DNA from: an uncultured Gammaproteobacteria bacterium
GTDB lineage: Bacteria; Patescibacteriota; Microgenomatia; Daviesbacterales; UBA10151
Direction: 5' to 3'
NCBI GenBank assembly: GCA_964524895.1
Contig: CAZGFG010000002.1
Span: 41,284-105,283, forward strand
Length of the DNA stretch: 64,000 bases
The notes beneath the pieces are model-generated. The model worked only from the letters and a program-made list of their open reading frames with translations, was not told the origin of the DNA and ran no database searches. The translations under genes were made by a program, and so were the position numbers. Positions within the stretch are counted from its first letter, which is position 1. The number at the start of each line of letters is the position of its first letter. Shown here one piece after another: positions 28,815 through 37,860 of the stretch.

Positions 28815-29072
28815 CTAACGATATTTTTTAGGTGACACTTTAAATGGATTAACTGTACCTTTTTTACCAGTGAAGGGATTTATATTCCCCTTTGTAGAAA
28901 AGTTATCAAATTTTGATTTATTAGGACTGCTTTTAATATATGGTTGAACTACAGTACCATTTTTCTTCGTGTATCCTTTTACTCTTTGCGCAGCATCTAC
29001 AGAAGTTGTATTAACTAAAGCGAAAGAGAGAACTAAAAGCAAAGTAACAAATCCTAAAATGATTCTTCTCAC
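28815..29072 (-). CDS. Small secreted Lys-rich protein with an internal repeat (85 aa)
   Basis: GTG start. Signal peptide MRRIILGFVTLLLVLSFALVNTTSVDA. Mature part has two KK(N)GTV.P(Y/F)-like repeats. Convergent with the EVE-nuclease gene; TATAAT lies just 5' on the minus strand. Confidence 0.4.
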   Translation of the reverse strand: MRRIILGFVTLLLVLSFALVNTTSVDAAQRVKGYTKKNGTVVQPYIKSSPNKSKFDNFSTKGNINPFTGKKGTVNPFKVSPKKYR

Positions 29073-29153
29073 CTATAAATTATAACACTTCGTAATCCCA
29101 AATCCCACCTGGAGGGTGGAATAGCTTGACACCTGGTACTTTTGACAAAGTAT

Positions 29154-29164
29154 GTTCCCATTGT
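29154..29164 (+). promoter_or_regulatory. Copy 3 of the islet motif TTCCCATTGTT
   Basis: Identical 11-mer to 25757..25767. Lies about 24 nt upstream of TTGACA (29188), 17 nt spacer, CACAAT (29211), ATG at 29224. Confidence 0.5.
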
Positions 29165-29223
29165 TGCTTTTTGCTGTATAAGGGAGCTTGACAGAGAATA
29201 GGATTTGGAGCACAATCCCAGAT

Positions 29224-29535
29224 ATGAGATCTTCAGAAGTATTAAGAGGTATTCAATCAGCACAAGATAGTGGTCATCTATCTAGTCGTGTTCCCACCGA
29301 CCAAGCAAACCTCAAGGAGATGAGGGAAGGACAACATAGATTTGAACCAAGAAATAAAAAAGCCGAACGGGCCCAAAGAAGAGCTAATAGGCAGAGAGAA
29401 GAGGTTAGAGAATTTTGGGCCTCATTGACGAAAAGGGAGCAAACAAGAGTAGCTACATATCTTGCTATTATGGATGAAGACGGTAAGATACCCCAACATA
29501 AACTTATGGAAGCAGCCCGCAGTATGATTTTTTGA
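29224..29535 (+). CDS. Small basic charged hypothetical protein (103 aa)
   Basis: ATG at 29224 sits 7 nt after a good TTGACA-17-CACAAT promoter, so the transcript would be leaderless. The track ORF starts at TTG 29188, which is the -35 hexamer itself. Arg/Lys/Glu-rich; no family recognised. Confidence 0.4.
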   Translation: MRSSEVLRGIQSAQDSGHLSSRVPTDQANLKEMREGQHRFEPRNKKAERAQRRANRQREEVREFWASLTKREQTRVATYLAIMDEDGKIPQHKLMEAARSMIF

Positions 29536-29647
29536 AAAACACATTTACGGCCCAAGCGGTGATAGAAAGAATTAGAGCAAGAGAAAGCCAGAACCCAGCT
29601 TCGTAAAAACCTTGCCTTTTACCCGGAATAGAACGTAAAATATTAGA

Positions 29648-31153
29648 GTGAAGTGGGTTTTAAAATACAAAACTGAAATTTTAGTTCTCTCCTGTCTGGT
29701 TCTGCTTTATTTTGCCTTGCGCCTTCCCAATTTAACCCTCCAGCCTATCTTTGCAGATGAGGCAATCTATATCCGCTGGGCCCAAGTGATGAGAGCAGAA
29801 CCAACATTACGGTTTGTTTCTTTGTCGGATGGTAAAACCCCCCTCTTTATGTGGATGATGATCCCTCTTTTTAAGCTAATTTCAGATCCACTGATGGCCG
29901 GTAGAATATTATCGGTATTTTCCGGTTTAGCTACTCTTTTGGGGGTATTTTTCCTGGGTAGAGGGGTTTTTAACAAAAAGACAGGTCTTTGGGCAGCCTT
30001 GATTTATACAATTACACCCTACACCCTCTTTTTTGACCGGATGGCTTTGGTGGATTCGATGCTGACTGCCTTTTCTGTTTGGTCTTTGAATTTTGCGATC
30101 CTCCTTTTAAAACAGGCCAGGTTGGATTATGCCATGATTTTGGGTTATTTATTAGGCGGAGGATTGTTGACTAAAACCCCGGCAATGGTAAACTTATTTT
30201 TACTTCCATTTACGATATTGGGTTTCCAATTTAGGAAAACTCATAATCCCATTTTTAAACTAATAGTGTATTGGCTGGTGGCACTGATTATTGCTCTGGC
30301 AGCCTACAATATTTTAAGGCTGGGGCCGGGGTTTCAGCAATTATCTGCCCGAAATGCGGATTATGTATTTGCCCCCCAGGAGTTAGTTGGCAGACCCCTT
30401 GACCCTTTTATCCCGCACTTTCGGGATATATCCGATTGGTTCCCAAAACTAATTACTTGGCCTCTACTTCTTACAATTGCTGTCGGAGCTTTTTTCGTCT
30501 TTAAGAAGTTTCACCGCTTGGGAATGGTGGTAATTTTGTGGGGGCTTTTGCCGCTTTTGGCAGAAATGGCATTTTTGCGCACCTTTACTGCCCGGTATAT
30601 ATTGCCTTCCATTGCCCCGTTTTTGGTAATAGGAAGTTTTGCCATAGCAAGTTTATCGGAGAAAATCAAGCTTTCCTCGGCGCTTACGGTAGCCCTGTTT
30701 TTACTGATACTTCTACCCATACCACTTTGGTTTGACTACTTACTTTTATCAAACCCCCAAAAAGCTCCCTTACCTCGTGAAGAAAGGATAGGTTATCTGG
30801 AGGATTGGACGGCAGGATACGGTTTTCCTCAAATTGCCAAATACTTAACTGATAAAAGCAAAGAGGGTTCGGTGGTGGTGGGAACTGAAGGTTTCTTCGG
30901 CACATTGCCGGATGGATTGCAGATTTATTTGGATAAAACCAATATTACGGTTGTAGGCGGACCTTCCACTATCTCTGCCCAAATTAGGCAAGCAGCCGAA
31001 GACAACCAGACCTTTTATGTAGTTAATAAAAACAGGACTGTTGGGACCTTTGATAATGTGGAGCTTGTAATGGAATTTCCTAAAGCCAAACCGCCCGGTG
31101 ATGAGCCTACAGATGCTATCCAATTGTATCGGGTTCTCCCTACAAGAAAATAA
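29648..31153 (+). CDS. GT-C fold membrane glycosyltransferase, PMT_2/ArnT-like
   Basis: 501 aa, GTG start, about 11 predicted TM segments. First-loop FADEAIYIRWAQVM. ArnT-like topology with a C-terminal extracytoplasmic domain. Confidence 0.75.
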   Translation: MKWVLKYKTEILVLSCLVLLYFALRLPNLTLQPIFADEAIYIRWAQVMRAEPTLRFVSLSDGKTPLFMWMMIPLFKLISDPLMAGRILSVFSGLATLLGVFFLGRGVFNKKTGLWAALIYTITPYTLFFDRMALVDSMLTAFSVWSLNFAILLLKQARLDYAMILGYLLGGGLLTKTPAMVNLFLLPFTILGFQFRKTHNPIFKLIVYWLVALIIALAAYNILRLGPGFQQLSARNADYVFAPQELVGRPLDPFIPHFRDISDWFPKLITWPLLLTIAVGAFFVFKKFHRLGMVVILWGLLPLLAEMAFLRTFTARYILPSIAPFLVIGSFAIASLSEKIKLSSALTVALFLLILLPIPLWFDYLLLSNPQKAPLPREERIGYLEDWTAGYGFPQIAKYLTDKSKEGSVVVGTEGFFGTLPDGLQIYLDKTNITVVGGPSTISAQIRQAAEDNQTFYVVNKNRTVGTFDNVELVMEFPKAKPPGDEPTDAIQLYRVLPTRK

Positions 31154-31168
31154 CAACTTACTAATCTG

Positions 31169-32872
31169 ATGAGACTCAAACTAAAGAAGGCAGCAACAAA
31201 ATATTATCTAATTGCCTTACTGGTACTCTTGATCCCTTCTTTTTATAGTTTGCTGCGAAGCGGATTTTTCCCCATGCAGGATGATCTTCAGGCTTTTAGG
31301 CTGCATCAGATGAATAAGTGTATTGTGGATTTGCAGATTCCTTGTAGATGGGTTCCGGATATGGGTTACCAGTACGGCTATCCCCAGTTTAATTTTTACA
31401 GCCCGAGTGTCTTTTATCTGGGAGAGCTAATTCACCTAACCGGGGTGCAGATTATCGATTCGGTAAAGATTTTATTTATTCTGGGATTTATTCTGGCTGG
31501 ATTTTCAATGTTTTTACTTATAAAGAGTTTGACTGGGGAAAATTGGCCGGCCTTGGTAGGAGCGCTTCTTTATACTTATGTCCCTTTCAAAGCAGCACAA
31601 GTTTATGTTAGGGGGTCACTTAATGAATTTTGGAGTTTTGTTTTCTTTCCGCTGATTTTTTGGAGTATTTATCAACTAATTAAAACAAAACAAAACAAAT
31701 ATATTATCTTTCTTGGTCTTGCCACTTCTTTAATGTTACTGACCCATAACTTAATGTCCGTTTTAATTGCCCCTTTGGCTGTTATCTGGGGATTAAATTG
31801 GCTGATTTTGGAAAGAGGGTGGAGGGCTATATTTAAGCTTTTTGCCGGTTTGGCTTTAGGAGTAGGCTTATCGGCCTTTTTTATTTTACCGGTCATATTT
31901 GAGGGGAAATTTGTTCACTTGGAAACTTTAATTGGAGGGTATTTTGATTACAGGCAGCATTTTGTTAGCTTCTCGCAACTATTTTTCTCAAATTATTTTG
32001 GCTACGGGTCATCTGTTTTTGGGACAAAAGATGAGGTGAGCTTGTCGGTGGGGATTATCCAGTGGGTTACTGCCTTAATTGGCGCTTTGCTGGCCCTAGT
32101 TTATTTTAAAAAGAATAAAAGAATTTCCATTACCGCCCTGGTTCTTTTAGTCCTATCTTTACCGGTAATTTTTTTAATGCACCAGCGCTCAAGTTTTATA
32201 TGGAGCAGTTTTGAATTTTTTAAATATTTTCAATTTCCCTGGCGGTTTTTAGCAGGGAGCAGTTTTTTGCTTTCGATAATCGGTGCAATTGGGGTATATT
32301 TAATCCCCAATAAAAAAATCTCCGCGCTTTACGGCGGGTTAATAATTGCTTTGCTCTTTTACTTTTATATTAGCTTTTTTAAGCCTTTGAATTGGATTGA
32401 TACAAATGACAAAGAAAAATTCAGCGGGAAAGAATGGGAGAGGCAGCTAACTGTCAGCATCTTTGATTATCTACCGATATATGCAGTTCTTCCCCCAAAT
32501 AAAAAAGCCCCCGATTACCCGGAAGTTTTGGAAGGGGAAGTAGATATAAAAGAATATAAAAAGGGGAGTAATTACCAAGTTGGAGAGGTAAATGTTTTAC
32601 AAGAGGCAGTAATTAGGTTGCCTTTATTGGATTTTCCGGGGATGAAAGTTTATGTAAATAACCAAGAAGTCTCCCATTGGCATGATGACTGCAGGGGTCA
32701 AAAGTATTGCATGGGACTTATAACCTTCAAAATACCTGTTGGAAGTCATAAAATAGAAGCCAGACTAACAAATACTCCGGTCAGGACAGTTGGAAATGTT
32801 ACTAGCCTGTTAACCATTTTGGGATTAAGCCTAATCCTGGTAAAAAACTTTTATGAGAAACGTCATCATTAA
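31169..32872 (+). CDS. Large polytopic membrane protein, HHDD/PCRWVPD family paralog 1 (GT-C-like, YfhO/COG5617-like uncharacterised glycosyltransferase)
   Basis: 567 aa. MQDDLQAFRLHQMNKCIVDLQIPCRWVPDMGYQYGYPQFNFY in the first loop. FPWRFL motif. C-terminal FKP..W.DTND...SG.EWE.Q....FDYLP domain and a terminal TM. Confidence 0.7.
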   Translation: MRLKLKKAATKYYLIALLVLLIPSFYSLLRSGFFPMQDDLQAFRLHQMNKCIVDLQIPCRWVPDMGYQYGYPQFNFYSPSVFYLGELIHLTGVQIIDSVKILFILGFILAGFSMFLLIKSLTGENWPALVGALLYTYVPFKAAQVYVRGSLNEFWSFVFFPLIFWSIYQLIKTKQNKYIIFLGLATSLMLLTHNLMSVLIAPLAVIWGLNWLILERGWRAIFKLFAGLALGVGLSAFFILPVIFEGKFVHLETLIGGYFDYRQHFVSFSQLFFSNYFGYGSSVFGTKDEVSLSVGIIQWVTALIGALLALVYFKKNKRISITALVLLVLSLPVIFLMHQRSSFIWSSFEFFKYFQFPWRFLAGSSFLLSIIGAIGVYLIPNKKISALYGGLIIALLFYFYISFFKPLNWIDTNDKEKFSGKEWERQLTVSIFDYLPIYAVLPPNKKAPDYPEVLEGEVDIKEYKKGSNYQVGEVNVLQEAVIRLPLLDFPGMKVYVNNQEVSHWHDDCRGQKYCMGLITFKIPVGSHKIEARLTNTPVRTVGNVTSLLTILGLSLILVKNFYEKRHH

Positions 32873-34514
32873 AAACTGGCAGCTGATAACAATTACGTTG
32901 TTATCCGTATTAATAACCTGGCCCCTTTTTATCCCGGGCTATTTTTCTCACCATGATGACTTGCAAGTGATGAGAGTATATGAAATGAGAAAATGTTTAG
33001 AAGATTTTCAAATCCCCTGCCGCTGGGTACCGGACATGGGGTATGGAAACGGTTTCCCTCTTTTTAATTATTATAGTGTCCTACCTTATTATATAGGGGC
33101 GCTTTTGAGCTTTATATTCGGGTTTGTTGTTTCGGCAAAAATTCTCTTTCTCATCCCGTTACTACTTGGTGGAATATCGATGTATTTATTGGCAAAGGAG
33201 TCATTTGGCGATAAACAGATAGCACTAACAGTTGGGATAATTTATTCCTTTGCTCCCTATAGAGCACTTGATAGTTACGTCAGGGGTGCTGTTGCAGAAA
33301 GTTTTGCGCTGGCTATTATTCCGCTGGTATTTTATTTATTCTTAAAACTTATAAGGGAAAAAAGTTATAAATACTTTTTAGGGTCAAGTTTATCTTTGGC
33401 AGCATTTCTTTTATCACATAACATCATGACCCTGTTGTTCCTGCCCCTTTTGTTAATGTGGATTTTGTTATTAACATACAAAAATTTTAAGATTCTAAAA
33501 ATAGTGATGCTAAGTTTAGCACTTGGGTTTGGGTTATCTTCATTTTTCCTTCTGCCGGCATTTTTGGAAAAGAACTTAGTAGAGATAAATACTTTAACAA
33601 GGTTTGACTTGGATTTTCGGGTTCACTTTATTTCCATTGGACAATTATTCGAAAGATCTTGGGGATACGGGGCATCGGTACTTGGGCCGAATGATTCAAT
33701 ATCCTTTCAAATAGGTCTCCCTCTTTGGATACTGGCAGCTCTCTCTGTAAGCTGGTTAGTGCTTAGTATTATAAAGCGTAAGGATATAAGAACGGTTTTA
33801 ATTTATTTACTGTTTCTAGCATCATTCCTTTTATCTATTTTTATGATGCACAATAAATCGGCATTTATTTGGGAGAAGATCTCCTTGCTCCATTTTGCGC
33901 AATTTCCGTGGAGATTTTTATCAATCACTATTTTTTCCGGCTCTATACTTGCAGGATTTACATTCTCAATACTAAAGGGAAAGTTACAGAAGATAATTCT
34001 TTTGTTAGCAGTTATATTAACTGTGTTTTTGAATTGGAGTTATTTTAAGCCGGAAAAATTTTATTATACAAACGATCAACAAAAGTTATCCGGTGGTGAT
34101 TGGGAAACGCAACAAAAGGCTGCAATATTTGATTATTTACCAAAGGGAGCAATTGATCCACAAGAAGCGGCACCTAAAAACCCAATAGTTCTATCGGGAG
34201 ATGTTAAGATAGAAAGCTTTATAAGAAAGAGTAACTACTGGGAATTTAATGCAAAATCGGATAAATCTTCGGAAATTGAGATGCCGGTTTTTGATTTTCC
34301 TAATTGGGAGGTTTATTTAGATAATAAAAAGATAGATCATGGCAAAAGTGAATTATTAAAAAGAATTAAATTTGTGATCCCAAAAGGGGAGCATAAAGTA
34401 ACGGGATATCTGCAAGATACACCTATAAGGACAATCGGAAATTTAATAACTCTTATATCACTGTTAATATTATCTTCAATGATGTATGGAAAAAGTAAAA
34501 AAGTCTTTAACTAA
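32853..34514 (+). CDS. HHDD/PCRWVPD family paralog 2
   Basis: 553 aa. HHDDLQVMRVYEMRKCLEDFQIPCRWVPDMGYGNGFPLFNYY. Same C-terminal motifs as paralog 1. Confidence 0.7.
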   Translation: MRNVIIKNWQLITITLLSVLITWPLFIPGYFSHHDDLQVMRVYEMRKCLEDFQIPCRWVPDMGYGNGFPLFNYYSVLPYYIGALLSFIFGFVVSAKILFLIPLLLGGISMYLLAKESFGDKQIALTVGIIYSFAPYRALDSYVRGAVAESFALAIIPLVFYLFLKLIREKSYKYFLGSSLSLAAFLLSHNIMTLLFLPLLLMWILLLTYKNFKILKIVMLSLALGFGLSSFFLLPAFLEKNLVEINTLTRFDLDFRVHFISIGQLFERSWGYGASVLGPNDSISFQIGLPLWILAALSVSWLVLSIIKRKDIRTVLIYLLFLASFLLSIFMMHNKSAFIWEKISLLHFAQFPWRFLSITIFSGSILAGFTFSILKGKLQKIILLLAVILTVFLNWSYFKPEKFYYTNDQQKLSGGDWETQQKAAIFDYLPKGAIDPQEAAPKNPIVLSGDVKIESFIRKSNYWEFNAKSDKSSEIEMPVFDFPNWEVYLDNKKIDHGKSELLKRIKFVIPKGEHKVTGYLQDTPIRTIGNLITLISLLILSSMMYGKSKKVFN

Positions 34515-36162
34515 ATATAAAATCGTAGTTTCATTGCTACTTCTTATCCCGGCTGTTTGGGCCCTTTTTGTAGGAGGATTCTACGGAGCTTCGGATGACA
34601 TACATATTGCCTGGCTTTATGAGATGGATCGGGTAATAAAAATGGGGCAAATACCTCCCCGTTTTGTACCGGACTTAAGCTTTGGCTTTGGATACCCGTT
34701 ATTTAATTTTGTGTTTCCTCTTCCTTTTTATATCTCCGAAATATTTCATCTGCTGGGAATGAGTTTGGTAGACAGTATCAAAACTTTGTTTTTTTTAAGT
34801 ATCCCTTTGTCTTTTATCTCGATGTATTATTTTTTGAAAAAGTTTACAAATTCTTATCTAGGTATCTTGGGAGGATTAATTTATGTCTATACTCCTTATC
34901 GGGCAACAGATCTTTATATACGGGGAGCTATAGGTGAGATCTGGGCATTTGCCCTGCTTCCCCTGATTGCGCTTTCGGTAGTTGAGCTGGGTTTAAGTAA
35001 AAAGCTTAACCCAAAGTGGATAGCGGTGGGTGGGTTGAGCTTGGGCTGTTTGATACTGACGCACAATATTACCGCTTATATGTTTTTCCCTATGTTGATA
35101 GTTTTTTGGGTGATACTTCTGGTTACCAAAAAGGGGTTTTTGGCCAGTAAATTAATTAATTTTGCAGGCTTTATTGCAGTTGGTTTATTGTCCAGTTTGT
35201 ATTTTTGGTTGCCGGCTATTTTAGAAAGTAAGTTGTTTAAATATGATACTGTTTTTAATTATAAAGACCACTTTCCTACCATCAAACAACTAGTAACACC
35301 TTATTTTGGATACGGGGCTTCCGTTCCCGGCCCTTATGATGGAATGTCTTTTTTTATAGGGACAATCAATTTAGTCTTGGCAACCGCGGCACCCCTTTTT
35401 TTATTTCTTTTCTGGAGAAGATATTCAAGCATACAAAGGGGTTTACTGATGTGGGCTTTGGCAGTTCTGGCTTTTGCGGTGTTTATGATGAATTATAGAT
35501 CTTCTTGGGTATGGGATCATTTTCCATTGATTGGGTACTTTCAGTTTCCTTGGAGGTTTTTAATCTTAACAACATTCACGACACCGCTTTTTGTAATTTT
35601 ACTGGAAAAACTACCAAAGTATAAAGTGATTTGCACAGTCTTAATTGCCCTAACTCTTCTTTTAAATTTTTCCTATTTTAGGCCTCAAGATTTTTTGGGT
35701 CGTAGTGATAAATATTTTCTGGATAGATATATACCTGTTCCGCAGGCAAGCGCTGCCTATCTGGAAACAAGAGAGGAATACCTACGCTTGCCTGTTTATA
35801 CCAATATTAGACCGGAGCAAAATTACCCCAGGGTATTCCCCCAAACTGGAATAACGCAAGTAACAGAGCTTAATGGCCTCGATGCTTTGATAACAACCTA
35901 TTACCCCAAAGAGCTGATCATAAACTATAATAAGTATTATTATCCCGGGTGGAGCGGGGAGATAGACGGAAAGAGAGTAGAGCTTTCTGCGGCAGAACCT
36001 TTTGGTCAGGTATCAATAAAAGTCCCAGAAGGGAAGCATACAATCAAAATATATTTTAGCGAAACTAATCAAAAGAGGATCTTGGATATTATCTCTTTGT
36101 TGGCCATTATATTTTCATTTTTATTAATCTTTAAAGGAAAACTAAAATCAAAATATGAATAG
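34486..36162 (+). CDS. HHDD/PCRWVPD family paralog 3 (divergent; lacks the Cys pair)
   Basis: 558 aa. SDDIHIAWLYEMDRVIKMGQIPPRFVPDLSFGFGYPLFNFV (KC changed to RV, PCRW changed to PPRF). Divergent C-terminal domain. Confidence 0.7.
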   Translation: MEKVKKSLTKYKIVVSLLLLIPAVWALFVGGFYGASDDIHIAWLYEMDRVIKMGQIPPRFVPDLSFGFGYPLFNFVFPLPFYISEIFHLLGMSLVDSIKTLFFLSIPLSFISMYYFLKKFTNSYLGILGGLIYVYTPYRATDLYIRGAIGEIWAFALLPLIALSVVELGLSKKLNPKWIAVGGLSLGCLILTHNITAYMFFPMLIVFWVILLVTKKGFLASKLINFAGFIAVGLLSSLYFWLPAILESKLFKYDTVFNYKDHFPTIKQLVTPYFGYGASVPGPYDGMSFFIGTINLVLATAAPLFLFLFWRRYSSIQRGLLMWALAVLAFAVFMMNYRSSWVWDHFPLIGYFQFPWRFLILTTFTTPLFVILLEKLPKYKVICTVLIALTLLLNFSYFRPQDFLGRSDKYFLDRYIPVPQASAAYLETREEYLRLPVYTNIRPEQNYPRVFPQTGITQVTELNGLDALITTYYPKELIINYNKYYYPGWSGEIDGKRVELSAAEPFGQVSIKVPEGKHTIKIYFSETNQKRILDIISLLAIIFSFLLIFKGKLKSKYE

Positions 36163-37858
36163 AGTATTATCAACCATCAATCACCCGTTTTTAATCACCC
36201 TGCTGCTGACCCTATCCTTACTGTGGCCTCTTTTTGTAGCGCCGTACTTTACTCATCATGATGATGTTCAAGTCATAAGGCTTCACCAGATGGATAAATG
36301 TATAAAAGATTACCAAATTCCTTGTCGCTGGGTGCCTGATTTAGGAGGTTTATATGGTTATCCTATTTTCAACTATTATGCTCCCCTTTCATACTATTAC
36401 GGAGAAATATTTTATTTGCTGACTGGCAGCTTATTAATATCCGTGAAAGTAATGTTTATTACTGCGTTTTTGGGTTCGTTTATCTTTATGTACCTGTGGG
36501 CAAAAAAATTTTGGGGAGAACTAGGCGGAAGTTTGTCCGCCCTTTTTTACAGCTTTGCTCCCTACCATGCCCTAGATTTTTATGTAAGAGGAGCGATGGG
36601 GGAGATGTGGGCCCTAATGGCCTTCCCGGCAATTCTTTGGTCGCTGACAAGATTATCTGAAAAAAAGTCTATAGGGAATGTGTTACTTCTTACCCTGTCT
36701 TTGTCGTTGCTCCTGCTTTCCCATAATCTTTCAACAATGGTATTTATTCCTCTTGTTGCAGTCTTTTCGGCCATTTTATTTTTCCAAAGGAAGAGCAAGT
36801 TTTTTATTTGGCTCACCCTTTCTGCCTTAATATTGTCAGTAACCCTATCGTCTTTTTATCTTATTCCGCTAGTAGTTGAAAAAAATTTGGTTCATGTTGA
36901 GACTACTACATACGGATACTTCCATTACACAGAACATTTTAAAGGATTTAAAAAGTTATTAGATAGAAGTTGGGGATGGGGTGCTTCTGTCAGGGAGGTT
37001 CCCGGAGGAGAAAAAGATGGGATATCTTTCCAGATCGGTTGGGTTCATCTGGTAGGATGGCTCCTTGCCTTATATGTGGCTTATCGATTATGGCGTAAAA
37101 ATAGATTTCTAAGTGCGGGTATAATTACCCTTTCAATGATTATAATTTTTTCGATTTTTATGATAAATCCTAGATCCGAATTCATATGGAAGATGATTCC
37201 TCCCTTGGAATATTTACAGTTCCCATGGAGGTTTTTATTATTAATAACCTTTTTAATCTCATTTTTGTCGGGGGCAATTTTTGCAATTTCTAAAGATAAA
37301 AGAATTTGGTGGGCCGGAGTTTTACTGGTTACTTTGCTTAATTTTACTTATTTTAGACCAGGGAAATTTATCTATACAAACGATAAGGAATTACTTACAG
37401 GCAGTAATTGGGAAAAACAGATTATGCGCTCTATATATGATTATCTGCCTATTTATGCCAAAGAACCGCCTGCTCACTTAGCAGATTCACAGTACGAGAT
37501 ACTAACAGGAGAAGCTGAAGTTAGAAATTTTAATAAGGGCACCAACTGGATCAATTTTGATATAGAAGTAAAAAGACATACCATAATAAGACTCTCTCAA
37601 TACTACTTTCCGGATTGGACAGTTAAAGTTAACGGTGAGCCAACTACCATTGAATATGAAAATAATAATTTCGGCCTTATAACTTTCATCCTAGGAGAAG
37701 GTCAATATCGGGTCGATGCAAGACTTTATGATACTCCTATAAGGATCATATCTAACTGGATAACAATTTTAGGATTTATTGTAATTGCGATACTTTTTTT
37801 CCTACAATTTAAACAAGTACAAAACTGGATACGGTACTATCTCAAAAGGATTGGATAA
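36155..37858 (+). CDS. HHDD/PCRWVPD family paralog 4
   Basis: 567 aa. HHDDVQVIRLHQMDKCIKDYQIPCRWVPDLGGLYGYPIFNYY. C-terminal FRPGKFIYTNDKELLTGSNWEKQ...YDYLPIYA. Confidence 0.7.
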   Translation: MNRVLSTINHPFLITLLLTLSLLWPLFVAPYFTHHDDVQVIRLHQMDKCIKDYQIPCRWVPDLGGLYGYPIFNYYAPLSYYYGEIFYLLTGSLLISVKVMFITAFLGSFIFMYLWAKKFWGELGGSLSALFYSFAPYHALDFYVRGAMGEMWALMAFPAILWSLTRLSEKKSIGNVLLLTLSLSLLLLSHNLSTMVFIPLVAVFSAILFFQRKSKFFIWLTLSALILSVTLSSFYLIPLVVEKNLVHVETTTYGYFHYTEHFKGFKKLLDRSWGWGASVREVPGGEKDGISFQIGWVHLVGWLLALYVAYRLWRKNRFLSAGIITLSMIIIFSIFMINPRSEFIWKMIPPLEYLQFPWRFLLLITFLISFLSGAIFAISKDKRIWWAGVLLVTLLNFTYFRPGKFIYTNDKELLTGSNWEKQIMRSIYDYLPIYAKEPPAHLADSQYEILTGEAEVRNFNKGTNWINFDIEVKRHTIIRLSQYYFPDWTVKVNGEPTTIEYENNNFGLITFILGEGQYRVDARLYDTPIRIISNWITILGFIVIAILFFLQFKQVQNWIRYYLKRIG

Positions 37859-37860
37859 AT

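Noticed and set aside
29105-29122. Hairpin CCCACC-TGGAG-GGTGG between the small secreted ORF and the basic ORF
   Set aside because: A 5-6-bp stem with no following T-run on either strand, so not a convincing intrinsic terminator. It may be incidental.
29188-29223. TTG-initiated 5' extension of ORF 29188..29535
   Set aside because: The TTG at 29188 is the first codon of a near-consensus TTGACA -35 box (TTGACA-17-CACAAT). Translation more plausibly starts at ATG 29224.
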